Origin: a virus
Taxonomy: Duplodnaviria > Caudoviricetes
Virus record (IMG/VR): IMGVR_UViG_3300008262_000065
Location: 1-60,108 of that record
Direction: 5' to 3' (one strand)
Length of the DNA stretch: 60,108 nucleotides
Below are positions 1 to 11,200 of this stretch, piece after piece (the first letter of the stretch is position 1; each line of letters opens with the position of its first letter). Position numbers and translations under genes: made by a program. The notes beneath the pieces were generated by a model. The model searched no databases. It saw nothing but the letters and a program-made list of their open reading frames with translations, and was not told where the DNA came from.

Positions 1-101
1 TTTATTGTTTAATAAAAGAAAAAAATAATTGACATTATTGACACAATGCTTATTTATCAGTAGCTTGCGATACGAAAATCGACAATCAAATCGACACACA
101 T

Positions 102-2519
102 ATGCCAAACCAAATCACAATATTCCAAAACATTAAGGAGACAAGCACTCCATTCCATCGTGATGTAATCAGTATCCTTGAGAGAGTCAAGGACGGTGCA
201 TCTAAAGACCTCGTTAAAAAGATTCGCTTAGAGAAAAGAAAGCAAGAACGAAATGAACTGAAGAAAGACCTGCCTGCTATCTGCTTCAGTGGTACCTTCA
301 ACAAGAGAGCAGACAACGCAATCATTGAGCACTCAGGATTGATATGCTTAGACTTTGATGGTTACGACAAACAGAAAGAACTACTGCAGGATAAAGAGAA
401 CCTGAGCAAAAGCAAATACGTTTACTCCGTATTCATCAGTCCTTCAGGTAATGGTCTGAAAGTATTGGTCAAGATACCCGAAGACATAGATGGTCATACA
501 AACTATTTTAATAGCCTTGAGAAGCATTTTAATTCACCTTACTTTGATAAGACATCAAAGAACATCAGTCGTGTCTGTTATGAGTCCTATGACCCCTTAA
601 TTTACATTAACGAGAACTCATCAATATGGGATACAATTGAAGAGTCAGAATACAATGAGGTAACAAAGCACCGAGATGCACCTACAATTCCAATCACAGA
701 TGAGAATAAGATTGTAGAGATACTCGTAAAGTGGTGGACCAAGAAGTACCCGATGTTAGAAGGACAACGCAATGCCAATGTATACATACTTGCATCTGCG
801 TTCAATGACTTCGGTATAAACAAGAGCCTCGCCTCATACATACTTAACCAATATGTAAGTGATGACTTCTCACTCACTGAGATTCAAAGAACCATTGACT
901 CAGCATACGCTAAGACTCAGAACTTTGGTACTAAATACTACGAGGATGAAGAACGTATCAATTCAATCCGTGCCAAGCTTAGAAGGGGCGTATCAAAAAA
1001 GGAAGTGCGGAGTCAGTTGCAAGACTCAGACTTAGACTCCGACACTATAGAGTCAGTGCTCAACAAAATCGAAGAGGACAATGCCAAGAAAACCTTTTGG
1101 ACCAAGAACGATAAAGGCGTTGTAAAGATTGAGCACATACTATTCAAGCACTTCTTAGAGGACAATGGCTTCTATAAGTATTGTCCGGAAGGTGGTAAGA
1201 ACTACGTGTTTGTAAAAGTAACGAACAACCTTATTGACCACACATCGGAGAAGGAGATAAAAGACTTCGTGCTCAACCACCTTATGGAATTGGATGACAC
1301 TGCGGTATACAATTACTTCGCTGATAACACAAGGTTCTTTAAGGAAGAGTTCTTGTCAATGCTGAATACCATAGACATTTACTTCATTGAGGATACCAAG
1401 AACACATCATACCTATACTACCGCAACTGCGCAGTAAAGATTAGCAAGGACAACGTGGTGCCCATTGACTACCTTGACCTTGGTGGGTACGTATGGAAAG
1501 ACCACATCATTGATAGGACATTCACTGCGTGTGGCATTACAGAGAAGTGCAACTTCAAGAAGTTCGTTAAGAACATTTGCGGTGATGACATGACACGTGT
1601 GCACTCCATGGAGTCTACCATTGGGTTCCTGCTACACGCACACAAGAACCTATCCTATTGCCCTGCGGTTATCCTCAATGATGAAGTCATCAGCGACAAC
1701 CCTGAAGGTGGAACGGGTAAGGGATTGTTCATGAATGCGCTGAGTCAGATGAAGAAGGTGGTTACCATTGATGGTAAGTCATTCACATTTGAACGGTCAT
1801 TCGCTTATCAGTTGGTATCAGCAGATACACAGATACTCGTGTTCGATGATGTGAAGAAGCACTTTGACTTTGAACGATTGTTCAGTGTTGTGACTGAGGG
1901 ATTAACGCTTGAGAAGAAGAACAAAGATGCTATCAAGATTCCATTCAGCAAGTCACCGAAGATAGCTATCACCACCAACTATGCAATCAAAGGTGCAGGC
2001 AATTCATTCGCACGTAGGAAGTGGGAACTTGAACTGCATCAGTACTACTCCAAAGACTTCACCCCACTTGATGAGTTTGGTAAACTTATGTTCGGAGATT
2101 GGGATGATGATGAGTGGTGTCAGTTCGATAACTACATGATTGGGTGTCTTCAAGGATACTTGAACACGGGTCTTGTTAAGTCTAAGTTCGTTAACCTGAA
2201 GATTCGTCAGCTATCTGCTGAGACTTGCCATGACTTTATTGAATGGTGTGGATTGGTAGATAATGCGGAGCCAAACAGATTGCTTGACGCAGGAGAGAAA
2301 CGATACAAGCAGGACCTATACTTGGAGTTCATTACTGAGTACCCTGACTACGGACCTAAAGCCAAGATGACTATCAGCAGAACAAAGTTCTACAAGTGGC
2401 TTGTGTCATATGCCATGTACAAAGAAGGCGTACTACCTGAAGATGGCAGAGACCAACAAGGCAGATGGATTCGTATCCGTAAAAGAACTGACTCAGATTA
2501 TCCTACAAGCCAAGACTAA
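102..2519 (+). CDS. Primase-helicase (BT4734/VirE-N-like primase domain, PriCT domain, SF3/D5-like helicase)
   Basis: N-terminal LPAICFSG..SGLICLDFD..FISPSGNGLKVLV; PriCT-like GQRNANVYILAS; Walker A GGTGKG and Walker B ILVFDD. Confidence 0.85.
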   Translation: MPNQITIFQNIKETSTPFHRDVISILERVKDGASKDLVKKIRLEKRKQERNELKKDLPAICFSGTFNKRADNAIIEHSGLICLDFDGYDKQKELLQDKENLSKSKYVYSVFISPSGNGLKVLVKIPEDIDGHTNYFNSLEKHFNSPYFDKTSKNISRVCYESYDPLIYINENSSIWDTIEESEYNEVTKHRDAPTIPITDENKIVEILVKWWTKKYPMLEGQRNANVYILASAFNDFGINKSLASYILNQYVSDDFSLTEIQRTIDSAYAKTQNFGTKYYEDEERINSIRAKLRRGVSKKEVRSQLQDSDLDSDTIESVLNKIEEDNAKKTFWTKNDKGVVKIEHILFKHFLEDNGFYKYCPEGGKNYVFVKVTNNLIDHTSEKEIKDFVLNHLMELDDTAVYNYFADNTRFFKEEFLSMLNTIDIYFIEDTKNTSYLYYRNCAVKISKDNVVPIDYLDLGGYVWKDHIIDRTFTACGITEKCNFKKFVKNICGDDMTRVHSMESTIGFLLHAHKNLSYCPAVILNDEVISDNPEGGTGKGLFMNALSQMKKVVTIDGKSFTFERSFAYQLVSADTQILVFDDVKKHFDFERLFSVVTEGLTLEKKNKDAIKIPFSKSPKIAITTNYAIKGAGNSFARRKWELELHQYYSKDFTPLDEFGKLMFGDWDDDEWCQFDNYMIGCLQGYLNTGLVKSKFVNLKIRQLSAETCHDFIEWCGLVDNAEPNRLLDAGEKRYKQDLYLEFITEYPDYGPKAKMTISRTKFYKWLVSYAMYKEGVLPEDGRDQQGRWIRIRKRTDSDYPTSQD

Positions 2520-3997
2520 TGATGGACTACAAAGGGCTGAATGTCATTGACAGAAAGCCCGGCTATTCCAACCTTGAGATGTTAAACCATTGCAATACCT
2601 TGTATGAAATTGTCACCAAGACAAAGGACATCAAGGTATTGGATGGTAGAGCATACGTAATCAAACAAGTTCTTAAACATAAGACAGACAAAGAAACAAT
2701 GGATAGACTCAGCAATAGCATTGAGTACTACCAAAAACTACACGAAACAGAAATGAATAATCAAATCGAATTAAGAGACTATCAAAAAAGTATTGTCTCA
2801 AAGGCAGCAGAAATCATCAATGAGCACGGGTTCGTGTATCTTGCGATGGAAGTTAGAACGGGGAAGACTCTAACAAGCCTAAGCATCTGCGATAATATTC
2901 CAAACGTAGAGAATGTATTGTTCCTGACCAAGAAGAAAGCAATTGATTCTATCACTGCTGATTCAGATAAACTGTGCCCATCATACGTACTGTTCGTCAT
3001 GAACTATGAGAGCATACACAAGCTACCTAAAGTAAAGTGGGATGTAATCATATGTGATGAGGCACACGGCATGGGTGCATTCCCAAAGCCAAGTCTAAGG
3101 TCCATGCAGGTGAGAGATTTAGTTAGGGATAACAATAGCAGAGTGATACTGCTATCGGGTACCCCAACTCCTGAGTCATACTCTCAAATGTACCATCAGG
3201 TATATGGCATTCCGAACAACCCATTCAAAAAGTACTCAAACTTCTATCGGTTCGCTGATGACTACGTAAAGAAAACTCAGAAGAAAATCAATGGCGTATT
3301 GATTAATGACTACTCGAATGGTTTGCCTACCATAATGGATGCTATGGTGCACTGCACAATTAGATGGTCCCAAGTAGACTCAGGGTTCGTAGTCCAAACT
3401 TCAGAGGAAGTATTGCGTGTGGATTTGGAAGAATCAACTTATAAGTTAATTTCTAAACTCAAAAAAGATTTGGTGGTTGAGGGTAAGAGTGAGACTATCT
3501 TGGGTGATACTCCCGTGAAACTCATGAGCAAACTGCACCAATTGTATAGTGGTACCATAAAGTTTGAGAGTGGGAAATCAATGGTGATAGACTTGAGCAA
3601 AGCCAAGTTCATCAAGGAACGATTCAAGTATCAGAAGATTGGCATCTTCTACAAGTTCAAAGAAGAACTCACTGCACTTCAGGAAGTCTTTGGTAATAAG
3701 CTAACAACTGAACTCAGTGTCTTTGAAGACACCGACAAACACATAGCGTTACAGATTGTATCCGGAAGAGAAGGCATCTCGCTGAAGAAGGCTGACTGCC
3801 TCGTGTACTATAACATTGACTTCAGTGCCACAAGCTATTGGCAGAGCAGGGATAGAATGACTACCAAGGATAGACTTGAGAATAAAATCTATTGGATATT
3901 CTCTAATGGTGGTATTGAGGACATGGTATACAAAGCCGTGTCCAAGAAAAAAGACTATACCCTATCTCATTTCAAAAGAGATTTGCTAATATTGTAA
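2519..3997 (+). CDS. SF2 (SNF2/DEAH-like) helicase
   Basis: LRDYQ Q-motif, EVRTGKT, DEAH, LSGTP, GREGISL, QSRDR. Confidence 0.85.
   Translation: MMDYKGLNVIDRKPGYSNLEMLNHCNTLYEIVTKTKDIKVLDGRAYVIKQVLKHKTDKETMDRLSNSIEYYQKLHETEMNNQIELRDYQKSIVSKAAEIINEHGFVYLAMEVRTGKTLTSLSICDNIPNVENVLFLTKKKAIDSITADSDKLCPSYVLFVMNYESIHKLPKVKWDVIICDEAHGMGAFPKPSLRSMQVRDLVRDNNSRVILLSGTPTPESYSQMYHQVYGIPNNPFKKYSNFYRFADDYVKKTQKKINGVLINDYSNGLPTIMDAMVHCTIRWSQVDSGFVVQTSEEVLRVDLEESTYKLISKLKKDLVVEGKSETILGDTPVKLMSKLHQLYSGTIKFESGKSMVIDLSKAKFIKERFKYQKIGIFYKFKEELTALQEVFGNKLTTELSVFEDTDKHIALQIVSGREGISLKKADCLVYYNIDFSATSYWQSRDRMTTKDRLENKIYWIFSNGGIEDMVYKAVSKKKDYTLSHFKRDLLIL
3717..3732. repeat. 16-bp palindrome copy 1 (in helicase CDS)
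   Basis: GTGTCTTTGAAGACAC, read as SVFEDT. Confidence 0.95.
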
Positions 3998-4012
3998 ACG
4001 GTTCTTGAACAT

Positions 4013-4252
4013 ATGACTGAGCAGCAAATACAATCTAAGAAAATCAAAGAACTTGAGAGCCAAGGATACTACGTTATCAAGCTTACTAAGACCAATAAGA
4101 ATGGGGTACCTGATTTGATAGCCATACCAAAAGAATCTGATGTTATTTTTGTAGAAGTAAAGACACCTAATGGAAGGTTGTCTGCCCTTCAGAAGTATAG
4201 AATAAAAGAGATTGAAAACCATGGGATTAAAGTTGATGTTTTTAGAGGGTGA
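4013..4252 (+). CDS. VRR-NUC domain nuclease
   Basis: EQQIQ..GVPDL..FVEVK..GRLSALQ. Confidence 0.85.
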   Translation: MTEQQIQSKKIKELESQGYYVIKLTKTNKNGVPDLIAIPKESDVIFVEVKTPNGRLSALQKYRIKEIENHGIKVDVFRG

Positions 4253-4553
4253 CAATGTTAAATATGTATTAGAGCATTGGTTCAATAGCAGAATTGCAGC
4301 TATTGAAGAAAGCATTGCTGATGAAATCATTAGTCAGTTGCTCAAGAATATAGATAACTTTCCAAAGACAGAGTCCGGAAAGTTCGCAGTAATATCAGGT
4401 GTAGTAAAGCAGGAGGTTCCGTTCTTCTTTAAGATTGAGTATACCAATGCTGAAGAGGATGCATTAACATTTCTTGATATAGAGCAAATAGGATTGGAAG
4501 AGTACTTAGATTCGATAGACAAAAACAAATACATAAAAAGCGAAGTCACATAG
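4212..4553 (+). CDS. Hypothetical protein
   Basis: ORF in tightly packed operon; start uncertain. Confidence 0.55.
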   Translation: MKTMGLKLMFLEGDNVKYVLEHWFNSRIAAIEESIADEIISQLLKNIDNFPKTESGKFAVISGVVKQEVPFFFKIEYTNAEEDALTFLDIEQIGLEEYLDSIDKNKYIKSEVT

Positions 4554-4562
4554 TTTATCCAA

Positions 4563-4823
4563 TTGGCTAACAAAAAACATAACGCCCATCAGTTGGTTCT
4601 GAATTTCGAGATAGTACACATAAGTATATCCGAGTCAGAGTCAAGAACACGTGAACAAAAACGTGCAAGGAACATAGTCATATACACCAACCAAATACAC
4701 AGATGCATTGATGGCATCTATGAGCATCTTGTTGACCGAGAGTATCAAGACTTTAAGGATGAAGTTGAGTCGGCAATTGAGTACCTTGAATATCTGAGAG
4801 ACCATGGCGACAAAACATTTTGA
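4563..4823 (+). CDS. Hypothetical protein
   Basis: TTG-start ORF in operon. Confidence 0.55.
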   Translation: MANKKHNAHQLVLNFEIVHISISESESRTREQKRARNIVIYTNQIHRCIDGIYEHLVDREYQDFKDEVESAIEYLEYLRDHGDKTF

Positions 4824-5226
4824 GACAGAGCAGGACCTGATACGTGAGAGAAAAGCAATCGAAAGATTTGTATCCATCTTCAAGGGAAGGTTCGAGAAGC
4901 TAAGTCCTGATGACATTGACTTCAAGATATTCGATAAGGATAACAATCTCATTGCTTACGTTGAGGTAAAGGGACGGCTAAAGAATATTAGCATGGCATA
5001 CCCATTACCCGTATCCGTTCAAAAGATAGCGAAGCTTTGGGCAAAGAGATTGAACCCAACAATCATATGGGCTTGTGACGATGGGATAATCTATGGTAAG
5101 CTAAAAGAATTAGAGGGCACCCTAAGATTAGGTGGAAGAAATCCGAGAGCAGGCTCTGCCAATGACATAGAGTTGATGGTATACTACGACAAACAGAAAC
5201 CTCTAAAGTATATCAGATATGTGTGA
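4804..5226 (+). CDS. PD-(D/E)XK-family nuclease
   Basis: E..(n)..DIDF..AYVEVKGR motif. Confidence 0.65.
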   Translation: MATKHFETEQDLIRERKAIERFVSIFKGRFEKLSPDDIDFKIFDKDNNLIAYVEVKGRLKNISMAYPLPVSVQKIAKLWAKRLNPTIIWACDDGIIYGKLKELEGTLRLGGRNPRAGSANDIELMVYYDKQKPLKYIRYV

Positions 5227-5256
5227 GTGTCTTCAAAGACACTCACTTTTATTTTT
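5223..5256. terminator. Probable terminator between convergent arms, built on palindrome copy 2 (5227-5242)
   Basis: GTGAGTGTCTTCAAAGACACTCAC followed by TTTTATTTTT, between the stop codons of the + and - arms. Confidence 0.75.
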
Positions 5257-8200
5257 CCTTTGGCACATACCCGTGTGCAGCATCTTTGGCTCTTTGTAGT
5301 TCTGCATCTATCTCTTTTCTATAAGCTTCATATGCAGGGTCTGACTCTAATGAGTTAGAGTATGGACCATACAATTGCTCATACATCTCCGGATAGTAAC
5401 GCTTCATATCCTCTTTAGTCATAGGCTTATTCTGTGGCGTATCACTCCCTTCTTTCTCTTGAGTTGGACGATAAGACTTACTAATACCAAGTATGTCGTA
5501 CATTGCCTCTTCATCAAACCCTTCAGCAAACCCATTATATAGACCAATGAATGGGTCAAGTTGTGCTCCAATAGTAATCTCGATAACAGGTTGCACCATA
5601 CCCCATGTGGTATCTTCTTCAGTAGCTTTTTGTATCTTACGATATATCTGCATATATGGGTTGACTACACCATCACCTCTACGACCTTCTTCTCCTTCAA
5701 TATAAGACAATGCACTTTCTACTGCTGTTCCGACAAGAGGAATTGACTCAATCAAATTAAGACCAAGCATTGCCCTTTTCATTTGTCTTATTACTTCTTC
5801 ACGGTCCTCATCGTCTCCTTTAATATATTTAGCAAGATTAGATGTACCAACAAACAATGCGTTAGCCACTCCAAGGTTGATAGCAAAAGCACGAATGTCT
5901 TTTGAACTTGGCATCTTTCTTTCTTTTATTGCACGGAATATATTTGTCTGTGCAGTAAGTACTTTATTTATCTGCAAGAAAGTAGTGCTACCAAACATTG
6001 TGAATGCACGTGCCATCTCTGAACTATTCTGTTGAATAGGACTCTTCTCTGTACCTCTTCGGCTTTGAGCAGTGGCGTTATAGTTGTTGAATGCTTCTAA
6101 CGCTTGAGCCTCAGTCATACCATTTGCAATGTTACGGTTATAGTTAACCATGTATCCCATCACTCCGAGAATATCACCGAGTACAGTTGGTCCCGCAGCA
6201 CCGGTCTTGAATGCACGGACTGCACGTGCCCATATATCAGTACGCTTATTGATTGGCGTAAATACACTTGAGCCTGTTTCAAGACCATATACATCTCCCT
6301 CAATACCTTTAAGCATACGGTCTCTTACATTCGCAGACATACCATAAGCTTTACGTACTTGTTTTGGTAGAGTTGCAATAACCTTTGCACTATCAACCAT
6401 AAACATCATCATATCTATAGGAGCCTGAATTGCTTTTGGTATTCTTGAGTCTTTAGAAAAGTATCTGTAATCCTCATATGCGTTTATAAAAGAAGTAGCT
6501 TGCTTCAAAATCTGAATGGCTTTGAATGAAAGTGCATACCCCGTAAACTTAGTCATCATCTTACCAAGTGCAGTTTGTTTTTCTTTCTGTCCTGCATTTG
6601 GCGTGATAGCAAAGTTTACTGAACGCCTAACTACTTGCTGCAATCCTGACTCTTCAAGAAGAACATTAAATGCATCATTATTAAATATCGCATTCATGTC
6701 TTTTACTCCTTCAGCATATGCCTTATACTTCTCCATGGTCACAAAGTGACTCTCTACTACATCTGTAAAGTCATAATTCAATTCTATTACTCCTGTTTTA
6801 TCAGTACGTTCTTTCAAAGCAGGAGCAGTCTCAGCATTGAATATGCCACTGAAGTCCCCGTTATCTAACATATCCTTATTCACCTTCTTTGCTTGTGTGA
6901 TTGTTGGGAAGTAGTTAGATATATATCCGAGGTTTACATCATTAACATTAGAGTATACTTTGTTTACTGATTCATAGTAATCGTTGCTGAAGTAGTCAAC
7001 TAATTTATTTGTAAACTCTATAGCTTGAGGACCAACGATGTCTTTAATCTTCTGTATCTGAGCATCATTCCACCCCATCGCTTTTAGTTTTTTGTTTTGG
7101 TCATCATTTAATGATAGAGCATATATGCGTAATAATTTGTCTGCATTATATATCTCTTTTCCACCATTGATAACAAACTCATGGATACCTGTCTGAAGCA
7201 TATTACGAATCTGCTTATACCCTTTGGTTATTCCGGGTATGCTATTCGCCATAGCATCTAAGTTAGTCATCTCTAAGAAGTATCCTACCTTAGACTTCTC
7301 ATCCATTCTGTTTAGTGGACGATAGATGTTATCACGGAAGAATGTCAAACCCTTTGCATCATTATCAAATAGATTCATCAATGAACCTATATGAAGAATG
7401 CGGTTACGCATAAAGTCTTTCATACCCGTTATCGTAGTGAAATTCCAACGAGCAGCTAATTTTTTAAACCCTGACCATATCTGTAGTTTTTGGAAAGCTA
7501 ATCTAATAGCAGCCCTATCTTGTGTTAGTTCACCATTAGTCTTTTCTCTAACTACAGTTTCTGTTTTTAAAACTTTAAATTTATTTTGACCCCCATTCAA
7601 TACAATTCTATAAATCTGAGACCCATCTGTAATATCAACATACAAACCATTTGGGTCTTTGAATTTTACAACTGCTTTTATCTTAGGTTGATTTGGGGAT
7701 GAAGTATCTTGAATAAGCACATTCTCACCTACATTTAATTGTGCTATCTTATCATTTGATAAAGCTACATCTTTAACTTCTGATATAAATAATTCAGGAT
7801 ACAACTCAGCTATTTGGTCAGTGGCTTGTTTATTTATAGCCTTGTATTTCAAATTCCTAACTTCTCTGCGAGTCCTTAATCTCATGATTGATTCAGCACG
7901 AGCCGTCTGAAGTTCATTATATAACTGCTGAACATCTTCCAACTCCATAGTCATTAGGTCCCCGAAAGTATCAAATGCATATGCTTTATCAATAAGCTTT
8001 ATCTCATCTTGAGTAAGTTGTTCACCGAGCAATTCTTTTTGAATAGCTTCCTCAATTAGCCCTTTACTATCTGCATCTAATAACTCATTAGCTAATTTTG
8101 TCATGAATTCAGTATCATTTTTTACTACTGCTTCAAGAATAGACTTTATATTTTTAAAGAATTGTTGACCTCTTGCATCAAGACCACGCCCCCTACGCTT

Positions 8201-11200
8201 ACCACTTTTGCCAATTGAAACTTTAGCTTTCTTGATAACCAATTTCATCATATTCTCAATTACAGATGTTTTCATCTTGGCTCTCTGCTGCTGAACAATA
8301 GCCATTACCTTTTCGGTATCTGCAAGTATTGTGTCTTCAGTTGCATTGCTTATGATTGAGATGAGTTTATTTATCTGAACTTGAGAATATGTATCAGACT
8401 TAGGTAGTACAGAACGTATAAGGTTCTTAACTGCAATCTTAGCCTGTTGCAATTCTTTGGCACCAATCCTACGCTGACGAAGATTATTTCTGATGGCAGC
8501 TATCTGACGGGTTACATTCGTATTGGCTGAAGTATTAAGAGTCCTATCAAATGCACTAATCAATTCCATTTGAACAGTACTTGGTCGTGCATCTAATGCT
8601 CTATCAAAAGCACTAATCAATCCCATCTGAACAGTATTTGATTGAGTTTTGTATACTCTATGCGCTTTTAACAAACTAATCGCTTTAGCTCTAATTTCTT
8701 CGGCAGTTTTTGTCCGAGTTCTACCTACAACTCCTCTTGCATTAAGGTTAGAGAAACGCTTCAATTCAGTAAGGACATCAGTAAATAATTGAAGACCATC
8801 TTTTATATTAGCAAAAGCAGGAGGCAAAGGCGTATTTGTATTTACCTGTATATCATCTGACTGAGCCTGATATATAGGATGTGCCTTTAGCAACTCAATA
8901 GCCTTCTCACGAATCTCACTCCATGTTTTGGTTTGTTCCTTACGGATACCACCACGAGGACCTGAGTGTGCAAATCGCTGCAGTTGAGCACGAATGTCAG
9001 TAAACAATTGATAGCCCTTTGCAATTCCACCTTGAATATTAGCAAACTCACGAGGCAAATTAGTATCAACATCTATATTAACTATAAGTGCGTTCTTAAT
9101 GTCATTGGCTCTGAATCCACGATTCAATAGTACTTGCTTGATAGCAGCATCAGAGAATCCATTAGCACGTGCCTGTTGGATGATTGACTGCATGGACTGA
9201 GTGCTGCTGAACATGGCATCAGGATTCTTCAGAGACTTCTTCTGAGCCTCTGTAAGAGAGATTTCCTCACCGCTGAATATGTCTGCTAATGCGGTCTCAA
9301 TAAATCCATCAAGAGTAAGATTCTGAACATCTTCTGCAGTCAAGTCTTTTGACATCTTGAATTTCTCTTTGATGAATTTAAAGACATCAAGCAGCCAATT
9401 CTTAAAGTTAGACTTTACAGATTGATTGACAATTACCTCACCCTTGTTACCAATAAGAATAGCCATAGTCTCATTGATAGCACGTGCCCGGTTATCCGGG
9501 TACTTCTTCATTTGAGCATCGAATATCTTCTTTACATTCTCATCATTAGCTATACCATCCTCAACCAACTGCGTACCACGCTGATATAGTTGTCTTCCTT
9601 TTTCTGAAGTCTGAAGGTAGTCTGTCCATACGTGACCAAACTCATGCACTGTGGTATTGAAAAGGTCCGACTCGCTATTGTGTACATCAGGATTGATATA
9701 TACATCTCCATCTACAGTTACACCATACACAATTTGGTTACCACGCATATACATCTCGGTACCAACCTGAGACATTATAGTATCAAATGATACCTTATCT
9801 GTAGATATAGTTACACTTGGGAATACTTTATTTAAGAAGTTTGCAAGCTTCGTTGCATTAGAAAGATTCCCTTCAGCAAGAGCATCTGTAAATTGTTGTT
9901 GAGTTAATCCATTTTGAACAGTACCTTTTGTGCCTACGCCTTCTGAAAGGCTTGCCCTTCCGGCAGTTCCTCTACCCAACTTGGGAGTGGTGTCTCCCAT
10001 TCCTCTTTGGGTAGTTCCCCGTAAAGAAGATAAATCGCTAATCCTTTGTTCAGCACGTAACCTAACTTCTCTGCGAATATCTTCGATTGATTTTTGAGTT
10101 CTAATTCCATTTGATTTCCCCCACGTTGGGTCTGCACTTCTGTTTCTTGCAATGAGTTCTGTTGCTCTTTCATAAGCTGTTTCTTTATTTTTTCTTGATT
10201 CAGATATGTAGTTAAAAAGTTCTTGCTTTTTTACTTCTGTTCTATTCTTATCGTTAATACCAATACGTTGAGCCTCCCAAGTAATAGACTGCATTTCTCT
10301 TGGTAGGATTCCTGCTACTTGTGCTGCTCTGATATAAGCCTCTTTTACTAAAGCATATGTTGGTTCAAGGCTTCCATTAAATAACCCAAAACCACTTGCA
10401 TCATTTGCAGATATAGGAGAGTTTAATGCAGCAGATAAAGCGTGAGTATCAGCCGTTACATAAGGAGTGCTTGAATTAGGGTCAACAATATTATTATAAA
10501 AGTTTCTTACCTTATTACCATTACCCAAATTCTCATTCACATTTTTTACATCTCCATTTCTGAATATGTTAATCGCTTTTGATATTTCAGATGTAGAATT
10601 CCATCTAACAGGAGTAGTATCAAATCCAACAAATGCACCTGTAGGATTTGTTATCGCAACCTTTGGTGAGTTTATGGCTTGGTCAAATGCTCTTAAAATA
10701 GTAGCCTGAATAAATGTTCCATCATTTTTATTCTGAGCCTCGTTTATTGATACCTCTCCAATCTTATTAAATAAATCAATTAGAATTTCAGCGAAAGCAT
10801 TTGGAGTACCACTCTTGTCACTATTATACTTAACGGCTCTATCAACAATATCCTTAGTCAACTTAGTATCAGCATACTTGCTCATTATTTCAATAGTCCT
10901 TTCAGCTACTGATACGTTATTAAACCAATCATTCTGAGGACTAAGCGCAGCAATAATACCTCCGACTTGTTCTACAGTCATGTTGTACTTATTTGCTATA
11001 GCATTTGCCATTCTATTTGCTCCTACATACCACTGCTTACTGTCTTTTACAAACTCAGGAGTTAGTGTATCATACAATGCCAATAAGTTTTGAGACATTA
11101 CATCTGTAAACTCTGATAGTATTTTTTTTGCTACCTTATTAATTTCTTTCTTTATCTTTTCTTTCTCTTCTTTTGCAGCCTTACCGCTTCCGGTTATTGA

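Noticed and set aside
2144-2159. GTGTCTTCAAGGATAC as a 17th palindrome copy
   Set aside because: Two mismatches in one arm; could be degenerate or chance, so not counted
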